A stretch of 64,000 nt of DNA from Macrostomum lignano (taxonomy: Eukaryota), in contig NIVC01003981.1 of the NCBI GenBank assembly GCA_002269645.1, positions 1 to 64,000 of the forward strand. The letters run 5' to 3'. Shown one piece after another: positions 11,301-23,597 of the stretch. Position 1 is the first letter of the stretch. The number at the start of each line of letters is the position of its first letter. Position numbers and translations under genes: made by a program. A model generated the notes under the pieces. That model saw only the letters and a program-made list of their open reading frames with translations. It made no database searches and was not told where the DNA came from.

Positions 11301-13238
11301 GACACAAACCTAGCAGAAGCCAGCAGACCAGGACACAGACCCAGCAGAAGCGAGCAGACCAGAACACAAACCTAGCCGAAGCCAGCAGACCAGAACACAA
11401 ACCTAGCCGAAGCCAGCAGACCAGGACACAAACCTAGCCGAAGCCAGCAGACCAGGACACAAACCTAGCCGAAGCCAGCAGACCAGGACACAAACCTAGC
11501 CGAAGCCAGCAGACCAGGACACAAACCTAACCGAAGCCAGCAGACCAGGACACAAACCTAGCCGAAGCGAGCAGACCAGGACACAAACCTAGCCGAAGCC
11601 AGCAGACCAGGACACAGACCTAGCCGAAGCCAGCAGACCAGGACACAAACCTAGCCGAAGCGAGCAGACCAGGACACAAACCTAGCAGGAGCGAGCAGAC
11701 CAAGGACACAAACCCAGCAGAAGCGAGCAGACCAAGGACACAAACCCAGCAGAAGCGAGCAGACCAGGACACAAACCTAGCCGAAGCCAGCAGACCAGGA
11801 CACAAACCTAGCCGAAGCCAGCAGACCAAGGACACAAACCTAGCCGAAGCCAGCAGACCAGGACACAAACCTAGCCGAAGCGAGCAGACCAGGACACAAA
11901 CCTAGCCGAAGCCAGCAGACCAGGACACAAACCTAGCCGAAGCCAGCAGACCAGGACACAAACCTTGCCGAAGCCAGCAGACCAGGACACGAACCTAGCA
12001 GAAGCCAGCAGACCAGGACACAGACCCAGCAGAAGCGAGCAGACTAGAACACAAACCTAGCCGAAGCCAGCAGACCAGAACACAAACCTAGCCGAAGCCA
12101 GCAGACCAGGACACAAACCTAGCCGAAGCCAGCAGACCAGGACACAAACCTAGCCGAAGCCAGCAGACCAGGACACGAACCTAGCCGAAGCCAGCAGACC
12201 AGGACACAAACCTAGCCGAAGCCAGCAGACCAGGACACAAACCTAGCCGAAGCGAGCAGACCAGGACACAAACCTAGCCGAAGCCAGCAGACCAGGACAC
12301 AGACCTAGCCGAAGCCAGCAGACCAGGACACAAACCTAGCCGAAGCCAGCAGACCAAGGACACAAACCCAGCCGAAGCGAGCAGACCAGGACACAAACCT
12401 AGCCGAAGCCAGCAGACCAAGGACACAAACCCAGCAGAAGCGAGCAGACCAAGGACACAAACCCAGCAGAAGCGAGCAGACCAGGACACAAACCTAGCAG
12501 GAGCGAGCAGACCAGGACACAAACCTAGCCGAAGCCAGCAGACCAGGACACAAACCTAGCCGAAGCCAGCAGACCAGGACACGAACCTAGCCGAAGCCAG
12601 CAGACCAGGACACGAACCCAGCAGAAGCCAGCAGACCAGGACACAAACCCAGCAGAAGCGAGCTGACCAGAACACAAACCTAGCCGAAGCCAGCAGACCA
12701 GAACACAAACCTAGCCGAAGCCAGCAGACCAGGACACAAACCTAGCCGAAGCGAGCAGACCAGGACACAAACCTAGCCGAAGCCAGCCGACCAGGACACA
12801 AACCTAGCCGAAGCGAGCAGACCAGGACACAAACCTAGCCGAAGCCAGCAGACCAGGACACAACCTAGCCGAAGCGAGCAGACCAGGACACAAACCTAGC
12901 CGAAGCCAGCAGACCAGGACACAAACCTAGCCGAAGCCAGCAGACCAGGACACAAACTCAGCAGAAGCCAGCAGACCAGGACACAGACCCAGCAGAAGCG
13001 AGCAGACCAGAACACAAACCTAGCAGGAGCGAGCAGACCAAGGACACAAACCCAGCAGAAGCGAGCAGACCAGGACACGAACCTAGCAGGAGCGAGCAGA
13101 CCAAGGACATAAACCCAGCAGAAGCGAGCAGACCAGGACACAAACCTAGCAGGAGCGAGCAGACCAGGACACAAACCTAGCCGAAGCCAGCAGACCAAGG
13201 ACACAAACCTAGCCGAAGCCAGCAGACCAGGACACAAA
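8380..13238. repeat. 31/32-bp minisatellite (GCAGACCAGGACACAAACCTAGCCGAAGCCA)n, about 155 units, with higher-order blocks
   Basis: Direct reading. Identical variant blocks recur (identical ORF translations at 8936, 9906, 10498 and 10997). Confidence 0.97.
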
Positions 13239-14711
13239 CTAGGTCAAGCGGTCGGGCTTAGACTAAGGCAGTGAATTTTAGGCTTCACTGTAACTTTTAA
13301 ACTCGTTCATAATAATCTTGGAAAATAAATCTCCGGGGTCTGATTTCGAGGAAAAATGCCAATATCCGGGGCCTCACTGATCTGTCACGGCACGTCATCA
13401 AAGGATAAAAAAATATTTTTCTTAAGACTGAAGTCGCGCACTTCGATTGCATGCAAGCTGAAGTGAGTGTGTGGATTGTGAGACAACATGTGAATAAATA
13501 TATATGAGCCGCAGTGTATTAAGCAGTTAGTATTATTCATAGCCGCTGACGTGATTGATTTCTTAATGCCTTTGGCTTTCTTTTCCATCCCGGACTGCTC
13601 ATTTTTCAGCCGAAGGGAATCTGCCATGCTTCGCGCAGTTTCTGAGACTTCGGATTCGCAATAAATCAAACGGGGAGACCGCGGAGAACCGAACCTGCAC
13701 TGCTCTCATTTGCATGCGCTCTCTGCATGGACTCGTCTCAAAAGCAGAGAGGGAGAGAGACAAGATCGAAGTCAGGAACTCATTCGGGAGTATATGATCG
13801 GTGTCTGTCTCGGATTTCGAGTTCGGAGACCACTGCCAAACTTCTTGATCACTTGTAACAGGAAATGCAGAAAATGCTTTGAAGTTTTGAGGTAACGACT
13901 GCCACATCTAAACGATCGGCGCCCCCTATGATCGACCCCTGTTGATCCTCCTGGAGAGAGAATCTCTTGGAAAAAATGCACCGCGGAGATTGGAAAAAAT
14001 CATTTATCAATAATCAATGCATTTGATCTGGGGCAGTAAAGATTACCAAATTATTTTAACTTAGCATTCACAACGTGTTACTCTATTACATATTATATAT
14101 TTGTGTAGTTAAAGCTTCATTTTCTTTTTGTTTTCTTTTTGTTTCATAAGCCGAAGCCAAAGTTGTAGATGCTCGCGAGTGAAGTTTATTTTTTGTTCCT
14201 TCTTGAATCAAGTGCAAGTATATTTGTAGAAACGTTGCATACAAGTTCACTTAAGCCATTATTGTACCGGTAGGTATAGTTAAATGTAAATTGCATATTA
14301 CGCTCGTAGTAAGCTATTCCCAGACCCGTCTAAATAATTAAATGTAGAAATGTTTGCGATTATTATTTTTCATATTGTTGTTGACTTTGTCTTTAAAATG
14401 CAATCAATTTTTAAGCCAAGGCCCGGCTTAACGGTCGGTAAGGCGACGGATGTCCCGAATACGGGGCAAGCAGCCACTTCTGCTGCAGCCGAAAACTTAA
14501 AACCGAGTTCTATGGTAAGCACACCATAGAAACGGAAACCCCTGTGTTTGGGTACTCCATAAATATTTATTTAAATTTTATTAGAGGGGATGGAAGCCTA
14601 GGGGTGGGGACAAAAGGGGGAGCAGGTTAGGAGTGGAGAGAACAAAGTCACGCAGGGGTGTGAGAGAAAAAAACAAGAACACCAGAAGGCCTGCAGTAAC
14701 AGTCAGTGTGG

Positions 14712-16208
14712 TTACCTGTGCCAGTTTCTGAAGCACTGGCCTATGCAAAGTGCTGGCATTCCCGGACAATCAGGGCATATGTACACTGTCTTCTTCGCCA
14801 TTCGGTTCTCGCGGCCGAACATTGGCAGCGTTCAATGGAGCTTTGGTCGGCGAATGCTGTACTGCAGGGCCATCACCTGACGGTCCGACTGCTGCAGGAC
14901 AGCCTGCCCTGACACCTAAATGGCGCCTGTCTCTGCCAGTCTCCTCCACCTGGATGCTGACCGCTTTGCGCAGAAACGCCTCAAAGATCTTGGTACTCCG
15001 TGCTGGCGGTAGACGATCCACGAGTTCCAAACCAGAAGCAGCAGCAGGTAAAACGCGAGTTTCTGAAACCAGCGCAGCGTCTTCCGACTGGGCAGGTAGG
15101 GGTTCTCTGCCGAGTCCATACGGCCCACGCCGCCCATGCTCTTCGAGTAGGTGATCACTGTCACTGGCTTCGTTCACACAGGCAGCCTGCCCAACAGTGT
15201 CAAGGAGATCTACACGGTCTTTGTTCCGCTGCTCTTCCTGTCCACAAACTTACATTACAAGCGAGCGCCTCGCCGTTCCTCGTGAAAGCTGCCGCAGTCG
15301 GTCGCAGTTGCAGCTGCTGCAGCAGCTGCAGGAAGCCTCGATTGCTGCGCACGGTGCCGGTGAGCCGAGCTCCATTTGCCAGCAGCCAAAAGGACAGCCG
15401 ATGCGACGTGAACCAGCTGTCCATGAGCACGTCATTCATGTGCAGGAGTTCACGGCACAGCTCGGCCAAAATTCGTTCACTAATAGAGGCCGCCGCACTC
15501 GAGTCCCAGTCTGAATTGTGCATTCGCGTGCTCCGTGGATTGAACTGCGAAATTCCGCAAGTAGCCAGTCTCCGACTCGCACGGACGGTACAGCTTGACA
15601 CCGTACCTGCTCCTCTTAGTGGGGATGTACTGCTTTAACAGCAGGCTCCAGCATGCAGTTGTTTCTTTACACCTGCTGCAGCTGGTGCAGAAACGGCTGG
15701 ATTTGGCCAAGGACACCTCCTCGACATCTGTGCAGTCGTAGAAACGAAGACAGGAAAGCAGCTGCTTGAATCTATCTCTCGAGAGGGCGTTGGGCATGGA
15801 CAGAAAGCAGCAATGGGAAAGAGGGTCCTTGCTCCAGTAGCTGCTGATCTCCGGCTTTTTGTCCAGGCCCATCAACAGAAAAATCCCGAACAGCTTCCTC
15901 ACCTCATCATTTGCGCAATCTCTCCAGTTCTTCACCAGCTCTTCACCAGACTCAGAATCTCCTCTTCGTTTCCATCAGCTGAAGCTGGAGGCCTCTAATC
16001 CGGGCGAACCCCTGGTGTTCCCAGAAGCTTGATCGGCTTCATTCGGCACAGCATCCATTCCAGCCTGAACCAACTGGCACTCTGGTACATCACTAACTAC
16101 CTCTGTCTCCCTGCCTTCTTCCCCCATAAAGTCGTTCTCGATTCCATCTAGCGACCTCAGCGAGTAGTCATCAGTCAAAATGTCTGCGTTTTCGTTCTCA
16201 GATTCCAT
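14712..16208 (-). pseudogene. Decayed piggyBac-family (PGBD4-like) transposase
   Basis: Frameshifted segments in the correct order: acidic N-terminus; EVRKLFGIFLLMGLDKKPEISSYWSKDP...LSRDRFKQLLSCLRFYD; YIPTKRSRYGVKLY..CESETGYL; DSWFTS..L..LL..G...TGTVRSNR; MGGVGRMD....YLPSRKTLRWFQKLAFYLL; Cys-rich tail TVYICPDCPGMPALCIGQCFRNWHR-stop (14712). TIRs and TTAA boundaries were not identified. Confidence 0.92.
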
Positions 16209-16854
16209 GGGAAAAAAACCACGCAAGAAAGGGCAGCAGCTATATATATAGATAGAGTAGATATATAGTTAGAGTGAAAGTGCAGAGAAAAAGAGAGGCT
16301 ATTAGAACAGCAAGTGTGGCACAGGGCCCTAAAAAGAATATTTTGGCTAAAAACTAGGGCTGGGCTATTGGGCTAAACAAGACATTACTCGTAAACAAGG
16401 GGGGTGAAGGGGGGGGTGAAATTCAGGTTGAAAAAAAGAGGCGAGGTTGAAAAGCCAATCAGAAGGCAGCGAGGGAAAGAGAAAAATAACAAGACTGAAC
16501 TAGACCAAGAGGGAGAAAACAGAGTACGAAACAGAGACAAGTGCAGATGAACTGAAGAAATGACTAAGAAAGTCGCGACAGGGAGGAAACCGGCGGGAGA
16601 GGGGGTGCTGCTAAGCTAAGAGTGCCTCAGACATGCAACTTTTTTATTACAAATATACTGGATTCAAAAAGGAGCAAAACAGGTATTTCCCTTGTGATTA
16701 TTTACAACTTTGTATTGGGTTTTTAAAATAAAAAGAAAACAATTACAAAAATGAAACTTTCACTACACAATTTTCACTACACAGTATGTTTAATATGCCA
16801 AATTAAAAGAATGGCAATCTATTCTTTTAATCCAAATTAAAAAACTTGCTTAAA

Positions 16855-18105
16855 AAAAGGCGAGTCTGTGAGCTTTCAAAAGTCGTACAGCAACGACGGT
16901 CTCGATCACCACCGCCCCTCTGGCGGTCAGGTACAGGGCCGAGGTCGGCACGACCAGCCCTCAAAGAATGAAAAGAAGCCCAGACAAGACCGCAACTAGG
17001 GGTCCCAAATCCCGGACATTTTACAATCCCGGGATCCCGGACAAAAAATTGACCCAATCCCGGGCCAATCCCGGGATTGAACAAACAAATTTACGAGAAG
17101 CTTTCCGATTGTCCACAAAACAATTTCTCAACCAATTTGAGCATCATTTAGGTTTCTACTTTCTATTTCTAGCTTATACGAGTAGAACTGCATTGATAAA
17201 ATAGTTGAAGTTACATGTAGTTGTTAGTTGTACATACATACTAAACCACACCCTCTCCCCTCGGATTAGGACCGTATACGCTGCGCTGGTGCCTCTCTCT
17301 GCCCCCAACACAGACCACCTCACACACACACAGAGACTCAGACTCACAACCCAGTCCGCACCCCACCCCCATTTTCCCCTTTCCCTTCCTTAGCTGCGCC
17401 TGCGCACTGCGGCGGGGCCCGGGCCAGTGGGCCCAGTGTCCAGGCCATCGCCACTTAGACAGTTAGAGTCTAGACTAGAGTCAGACCCCTTAGTCTCGTG
17501 ACTAGTAGTGCTTGACACAGTTGAATGAGTTGAATGATAGTCCTACTGTCCTTCATTCTATAACTTCATTCTCAGGATGCAAAAATTCTCCCAAAACTGT
17601 TAAGTGCTAACTGCAAGACGAAAAATATTCACTTCTGCAGAGTGTAAATTCCAATCCCGTGTTTACCGGGATCCCAGACCCCTAATCCCGGGATCCCGAA
17701 CACTAACAAAAAGCCGGGATCCCGGGAATCTCGGGATCCCGGTATTGGGACCCCTAACCGCAACGACCCCTGCGGACGTTGGTAACCAGACCGTTGGAGG
17801 TAGACGAACTGGTGACATCGCGGAAGTTCCCTCGCTTGTCCGCTAGCGCCTTGGCACAAAATCGCAGCTTCCGATGTCATCCGGCACGCAGTACCCGACG
17901 GTCATCTGCATGTTAGCCACAACAGTAGCGAGGTTGTCCTCAACAGTTGAGGACAGCACGGCGAGATCGTCAGTGAGCCAAGAACCGCTGAGCCGCTTCT
18001 CCTACGCGTGTTGACCCTGCACTCGACGCCGCAGCAGAAAGCCATCATCGTCGTTAGTCGAAGGATCTGTCTGCAGCACGCAACAGTTAAGTACGAGTAC
18101 CTGAG
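16855..18105 (-). mobile_element. Degenerate non-LTR retrotransposon (LINE) reverse-transcriptase remnant, split by a hAT MITE
   Basis: Minus-strand pieces read DPSTNDDDGFLLRRRV..EKRLSGSWLTDDLAVLSSTVE (degenerate YADD motif). After removing the MITE they continue GLVWASFHSLRA...VIETV, typical of the post-RT region of RTE-like LINEs. Confidence 0.7.
16997..17756. mobile_element. Non-autonomous hAT-type element (760 bp)
   Basis: Perfect 12-bp TIR TAGGGGTCCCAA / TTGGGACCCCTA; perfect 8-bp TSD ACCGCAAC (16989-16996 and 17757-17764); subterminal CCCGGGAT repeats at both ends. Confidence 0.93.
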
Positions 18106-19079
18106 CAAAAAAAAGGCTCGTCAAAATTTTCAACTCTGTCGAATGTTGCAGATTAGTAAACTTGAGAATTGACGTTTTTAATCTTGAAACTTAGATCATG
18201 ATGCCAATTCCCATGGGTAATGGGGCTTCCAGTCAGAAAAAAAGCAACCAAAATTTAAAAAACCCAAAGCCAAGACACAAACAACCGCGACAGTATAGTA
18301 TAGTAGTCGCTCTAGCTATGCAAGGTGTGCCCAAGAGAGCACTTCTTACCACGAAGCTTCCCTCATTCCCTGCAGTGGCTGCACAACAAATCCAAATGTA
18401 GATTGCGTGCAGTGATTAAGAAACTGTTCACAATGGCAATGTCGCAATACGTCCGAGAGACTATAGCCGAGTACAGTGACGCACAAGCAGCGTGGGACAA
18501 TTGGCACGATCACCTTTATCAGCATGCTAATTATTAGAATGTCAATGCGTGCTCATCAGGGAACTGGTCGGAGTTGTTGTGCAATTCACAGAGGATGCGA
18601 ACTTTTGAGTCAAAAAGTCAAAATGGAGCCCGAAACATTTCTCTACGCCAATCCCTTCATTTGGAGTTTCAAATGCTTAAATGACGAGATGACCATGATA
18701 ACGCTCTTTTTTATGTTTGTAAGGAAGAGTAGGAGCGATAGTAATGTTATGTTATGCCACCATTATGTTATCTCTTAATTAATAATGTTTATGCTATCCT
18801 AAACGTGCATACCTTGAATCATTCTTATGTAACTAACGTCAAGTTTTAGTACAATGTTCCATAAATGGTTGTATACCAGAGGGTTCTGAAAAAACAATGA
18901 AAGCAGAAAGATTTCCGATCAATGTTAAATTGATCTTGTCATTATTTTAAACGTTTTTTCAAGTGACAGACCAATTTAATATGAAAAATCGATTAATGCG
19001 TCGTTAGAGCAGCATGTGAGGCACAAAATAGTGGGATTAGGACTTTCTCTGACACTGTTATGAGACCTAATCACTGTTT

Positions 19080-19374
19080 TAGTGTTGAAAATCGTGAAAT
19101 TTCCTATCTCCATAGTGTATTTTCCGGTGAAACCTGCCTTTATAAAACTATTTCTGAACGAAAAGCTTTATGAATATCGATAGATCAATGCAATAAGAAA
19201 GGCACAACATATCAAAAGATGAACACTGGATCTGCCTCCTATCAAAAGCAATAACAATTTTTGTGCTGAAAAAATTAAAACCTCCTATCTCTATAGCGTA
19301 TTTTTCGGCGAAAAGTTGCCTTCAAAACATTTACCATAGTTTTCGAGTGTTGCATCCTACTTAAGTTGTCCTTG
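19080..19374. mobile_element. Partial, diverged copy of the long-TIR element family seen intact at 48537-49229
   Basis: 19170-19330 matches 49020-49180 directly and ends in CTACTTAAGTTGTCCTTG, like the right terminus at 49212-49229. A more diverged relative lies near 19800-19960. Confidence 0.75.
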
Positions 19375-20869
19375 CTCCAAACATGTACAGTTACCCGATC
19401 GAGCATGTCATGGGACTTCGTAAAGCGAAGTGTTCATCAGGGTTGCCCCGCAGAATGCTGAACAGTTGAGACTGGCGGCTCTAATGCCTGGCAACAGATG
19501 CTCCAAAAGCGTTCATCAACCGGCTGGTGATCAAGAATGCCACGAGTGACGTCACTTTTGCCTTTTAAAGAAATACGTTTAACTATTATATGAAATCAAA
19601 ACTTTTTGCAGAATTGAAACAAAATGAGCGTGTTTATAGTATGTACACTGGCCTTGACCACCGATAAATTCTGATGATCGCGATAAAATCTGATAGACAA
19701 ACCAACCACAAAACGGACACTTCAACGTATACACACTTGTACACTCATACTCGTTACTGATTAAGAACTCTGCATGTTACAGGAGAATGGAGATTTTCAT
19801 TTTTTCCTCACAAAGCATTTCGATCTTTTGATCGCAGCTGCAGACCCAATGTTAATGTTTTGACATGAATTGATTTCTTATACTCTGATACTTGTAGAGC
19901 TTCCCGTTTAGAAAAATAAGGATTTATGTTAATTTTATATCTTACGTAGATGTTCTTGGAAAACTTTCCTAGAAACTTATAGTTTCCCGTCCTTAGAAGC
20001 AATGCAGGCTTGTAAAGGTTAACTTGCAATGTTCTCAAGTACAGAAGTTATAGCTCGTAAAATTATACAGTTGGTGTCGTTTGGCCCTGCTTCCGAGTTA
20101 CGATCTGAGGACATGGCTAACAACGATGCCCGGCACCAGGTGTTTCAAGCTATGCAAGAGAGCGCTACTAATTAAGGACATTGTCAAAAATGTTATAGGT
20201 TCTTTTCATTCTATAAATAAAGGGCCAGTTGGCATATCAATGCGTCATGAGGATGTAGAATTTTGTCCGATAGGCTATTTAAGGATTCGATAAGTATTTA
20301 TTTTCCAGGAATCCCTTTAGTCTTAACCGCTTTTAGACTGAAAGCGAGCCGGGAGAGAGCACAGAATTAACACCGACAGGTACTGAATTTGCTGCTTTGT
20401 AATAATAAAAGAGTTCTTACCTTCTTTAGAGACATCCTAATCTAAAAGACCGAATAATACAAGTCATTAGATTGCAGGAGTTTACTTTATTAGCTGCTAA
20501 ACACACTAAACTTCAAACACCTTTTCGACTCGATTCCATTCCAGATAACTCAGTGGTCCATGCATTTCTCTCAAAGGCCAACAGAAAGCTAGTGGCATTA
20601 AAAAAGTGAATACACGTATAGAACGGGGTGCTGATTTTTTTGTCTAAATCCAATTAGCATTCACTTTCACCAACCCTATCTTCATAAACCGTACCTCAAT
20701 ATCCTAAATCATTAAGGAAAAGATTTACATGTAGGCTTTGTGAAGTTTTGGTTTTGTAACCATGCACAGTGAATTTGTATTCCAGGTTTGAATTTGGTCA
20801 TTGTTTTAACTTTCTCATTGGCAAACTGCAATTTTTTAATTGGAAATAACTCCGTTGGTAGGAAAACTA

Positions 20870-21633
20870 CTCAGTTGTTGCAATTTCCATTGGAATCACT
20901 CAGTTGTTGCAATTTCCATTGGAATCACTCAGTTGTTGCAATTTCCATTGGAATCACCCAGTTGTTGCAGGGTCCATGGGAATCACCCAGTTGTTGCAGG
21001 GTCCTTGGGAATCACTTAGTTGTGGCAGGGTCCATGGGAATCACTTAGTTGTGGCAGGGTCCATGGGAATCACCCAGTTGTTGCAGGGTCCTTGGGAATC
21101 ACTTAGTTGTGGCAGGGTCCATGGGAATCACTCAGTTGTTACAGGGTCCATGGGAATCACTTAGTTGTGGCAGGGTCCATGGGAATCACTTAGTTGTGGC
21201 AGGGTCCATGGGAATCACTCAGTTGTTACAGGGTCCATGGGAATCACTTAGTTGTTACAGGGTCCATGGGAATCACTCAGTTGTTACAGGGTCCATGGGA
21301 ATCACTTAGTTGTGGCAGGGTCCATGGGAATCACTTAGTTGTGGCAGGGTCCATGGGAATCACTCAGTTGTTACAGGGTCCATGGGAATCACTTAGTTGT
21401 TACAGGGTCCATGGGAATCACTTAGTTGTGGCAGGGTCTATGGGAAATCAATAAGTTGTTGCAAGGTCCATGGGAATCACTCAGTTGTTGCAAGGTCCAT
21501 GGGAATCACTCAGTTGTTGCAAGGTCCATGGGAATCACTCAGTTGTTGCAGGGTCCATGGGAATCACTCAGTTGTTGCAAGGTCCATGGGAATCACTCAG
21601 TTGTTGCAAGGTCCATGGGAATCACTCAGTTGA
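20870..21633. repeat. 29-bp minisatellite (GGGTCCATGGGAATCACTCAGTTGTTGCA)n, about 26 units
   Basis: Direct reading. Confidence 0.95.
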
Positions 21634-22269
21634 TCTAGGGTTGATTACACAGTCAACTTTGCCTTCAGCTATACTCGTACTTCTAAAGCATTGGTTTGTC
21701 GTGGAACCAAAAACATATTACAATATCTCGTAGATATACTTAAAAATATAAGTATGGAATGAAATGGGGCGTAACTTAACTTATGCTACTAAGAGTAACT
21801 AAAGCAGCGAACAACGCCTAACAAATGTCCAACTCAGATCCACAAGACTACACAGGGCAGCACGAAAATAAATCCGCATGTGCAAACACTATATTTTGTT
21901 AATCGGAATACATTCAAATTCGCATTATTATTAATTAAAATGACACCGATGTTATAACACACTTTCAACTTTCATAATGTCATAACGCTTTCAAAGTTCT
22001 GTTAGGGCTACGAAGATAATCGAAATAGGTTGGACCAAGCAGAATTTATAACACATAGAATGAAAAGATGCATTCGAGAGTAGTTAATTTGAGACAGCGC
22101 AGCCCAGTAAGTAAAGCAAACAAAATAGCTAATTTGATCCAACATGCACGACGCATAAATTAAATGGACAAATTAAACTTCCTTCAACTGAATCGGACTG
22201 GTACGGTCTTGTATATCAGATGAAAAATAGCAACAGCAAGCTAGAAAGCCAACCAATAACACCAACACA

Positions 22270-22552
22270 CGAAGCCACAAATCTCACAGCTGATGATCGA
22301 AGCCACAAATCTTACAACTGAGGATCGAAGCCACAAATCTCACAGCTGATTATCGAAGCCACAAATCTTACAACTGAGGATCGAAGCCACAAATCTCACA
22401 GCTGATGATCGAAGACGCAAATCTCACAACTGAGGATCAAAGCCACAAATCTCACAGCTGAGGATCGAAGCCACAAATCTCACAACTGAGGATCAAAGCC
22501 ACAAATCTCACAGCTGAGGATCGAAGTCACAAATCTCACAGCTGGAGATCGC
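22270..22552. repeat. 28-bp minisatellite (GATCGAAGCCACAAATCTCACAGCTGAG)n, about 10 units, downstream of eIF2-beta A
   Basis: Reverse complement of the array at 54232-57052. Confidence 0.93.
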
Positions 22553-22898
22553 ACCCAGGTCTTAAGACTCCAAAGCCGGACAATTTCGATAAAAGCAACA
22601 ACCAATTAAACAGCAAGTTTATTGCAGTTTGACAGCAAATATGCACTGAATAGATAACTTGTACCCATCCACTTAACAGCTTCACTTCTGACAATGACTT
22701 CTCAGCTTATATTTGCAATCCAGACACTTAATCATTCAACTGATGACGATGTACATATTTGAGCCCAACATTGCCACATAAAGTTCACCCGCCAGCAGTC
22801 AAGTTCATGCAGCACAAGACATGGACAATCAATCAGTCAGCAACCATCTTCATACACAGAGCAATGCCCTCATTATCCAGCTCTTCTCCCTAACAGTG

Positions 22899-23597
22899 TC
22901 ACGTGGCCTTGGCCCTCTGCGCAGCTCTCCTGCCCACCTGGGCCTGAAATCCAGACTTGATGCTGGCAACTGAGCACCGACTGCCGCAGGTGCTGCACTG
23001 CAGGAAGAACAGCCGAGTCTCCTTAACGAGCTCAGTGTCGTGAGACCGGCACGTGTGGCACATCACGTACTCCTTGATGTACGAGCGCAGCACCGATTCA
23101 ATGTTCTTAGTCTGGAATCTGCCCTTAATAATGAGCTGGTTGTTCCCATCAACCGACCCGGTGGTGCCCAGCTCAGTTAGAAGGTAAGCCAACAGGTGGT
23201 CCGGCTTCCTTCGAATCTGCTTGCTGATCTCCGTGAAGTTGGCAAAGGCGGTCTTCTTGGTTCCAACTCGCATCAGAGACGGAGGCTTCATCACCACCTT
23301 CTTCTTCTCCGACAGCATATCCGGGTTCCGCTCCATCATGGCGCGGAAGGCCCGGCTGAGCAGCTCGCTGTAGCTGTAATCCTTGTCCTCGCTTCCATCT
23401 CCCTCCACAGCTGACGCCGCGCCTTGGCCTCCGTCCTCCTCAGGCTGCTCAGCCGTCGCCGCGGGTCGCTCCTTCGGCGGCTTCTTCTTCTTCTTTGTTT
23501 CGAGGTTAAAGTCTGCTTCAAGCTCCTCATCCACTGCTGGGGTCTCCTCGGCCAGCTCCTTCTTCTTATTCTTCTTTTTTATGCTCGGGTCGAACAT
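22899..23597 (-). CDS. EIF2S2: Translation initiation factor eIF2 beta subunit, copy A, coding exon 2
   Basis: FDPS plus two poly-Lys boxes; [11 protein letters not shown]; [18 protein letters not shown]; [10 protein letters not shown]; [27 protein letters not shown]...CSTCGS zinc ribbon. Acceptor tttgactcgcgcAG|ATG. Confidence 0.97.
   Translation of the reverse strand: MFDPSIKKKNKKKELAEETPAVDEELEADFNLETKKKKKPPKERPAATAEQPEEDGGQGAASAVEGDGSEDKDYSYSELLSRAFRAMMERNPDMLSEKKKVVMKPPSLMRVGTKKTAFANFTEISKQIRRKPDHLLAYLLTELGTTGSVDGNNQLIIKGRFQTKNIESVLRSYIKEYVMCHTCRSHDTELVKETRLFFLQCSTCGSRCSVASIKSGFQAQVGRRAAQRAKAT

Noticed and set aside
8528-13237. Many short Cys/Leu/Trp-rich ORFs
   Set aside because: Translations of the 31/32-bp minisatellite.
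13590-13980. GC-richer coding-like patch (…RSQELIREYMIGVCLGFRVRRPLPNFLITCNRKC…)
   Set aside because: No recognisable motif or splice structure; cannot be assigned without a search.
18300-18660. Weak resemblance to a carboxylesterase segment (…CSGCTTNPNVDCVQ*LRN…)
   Set aside because: Too short, interrupted by stops, and no catalytic motifs seen.
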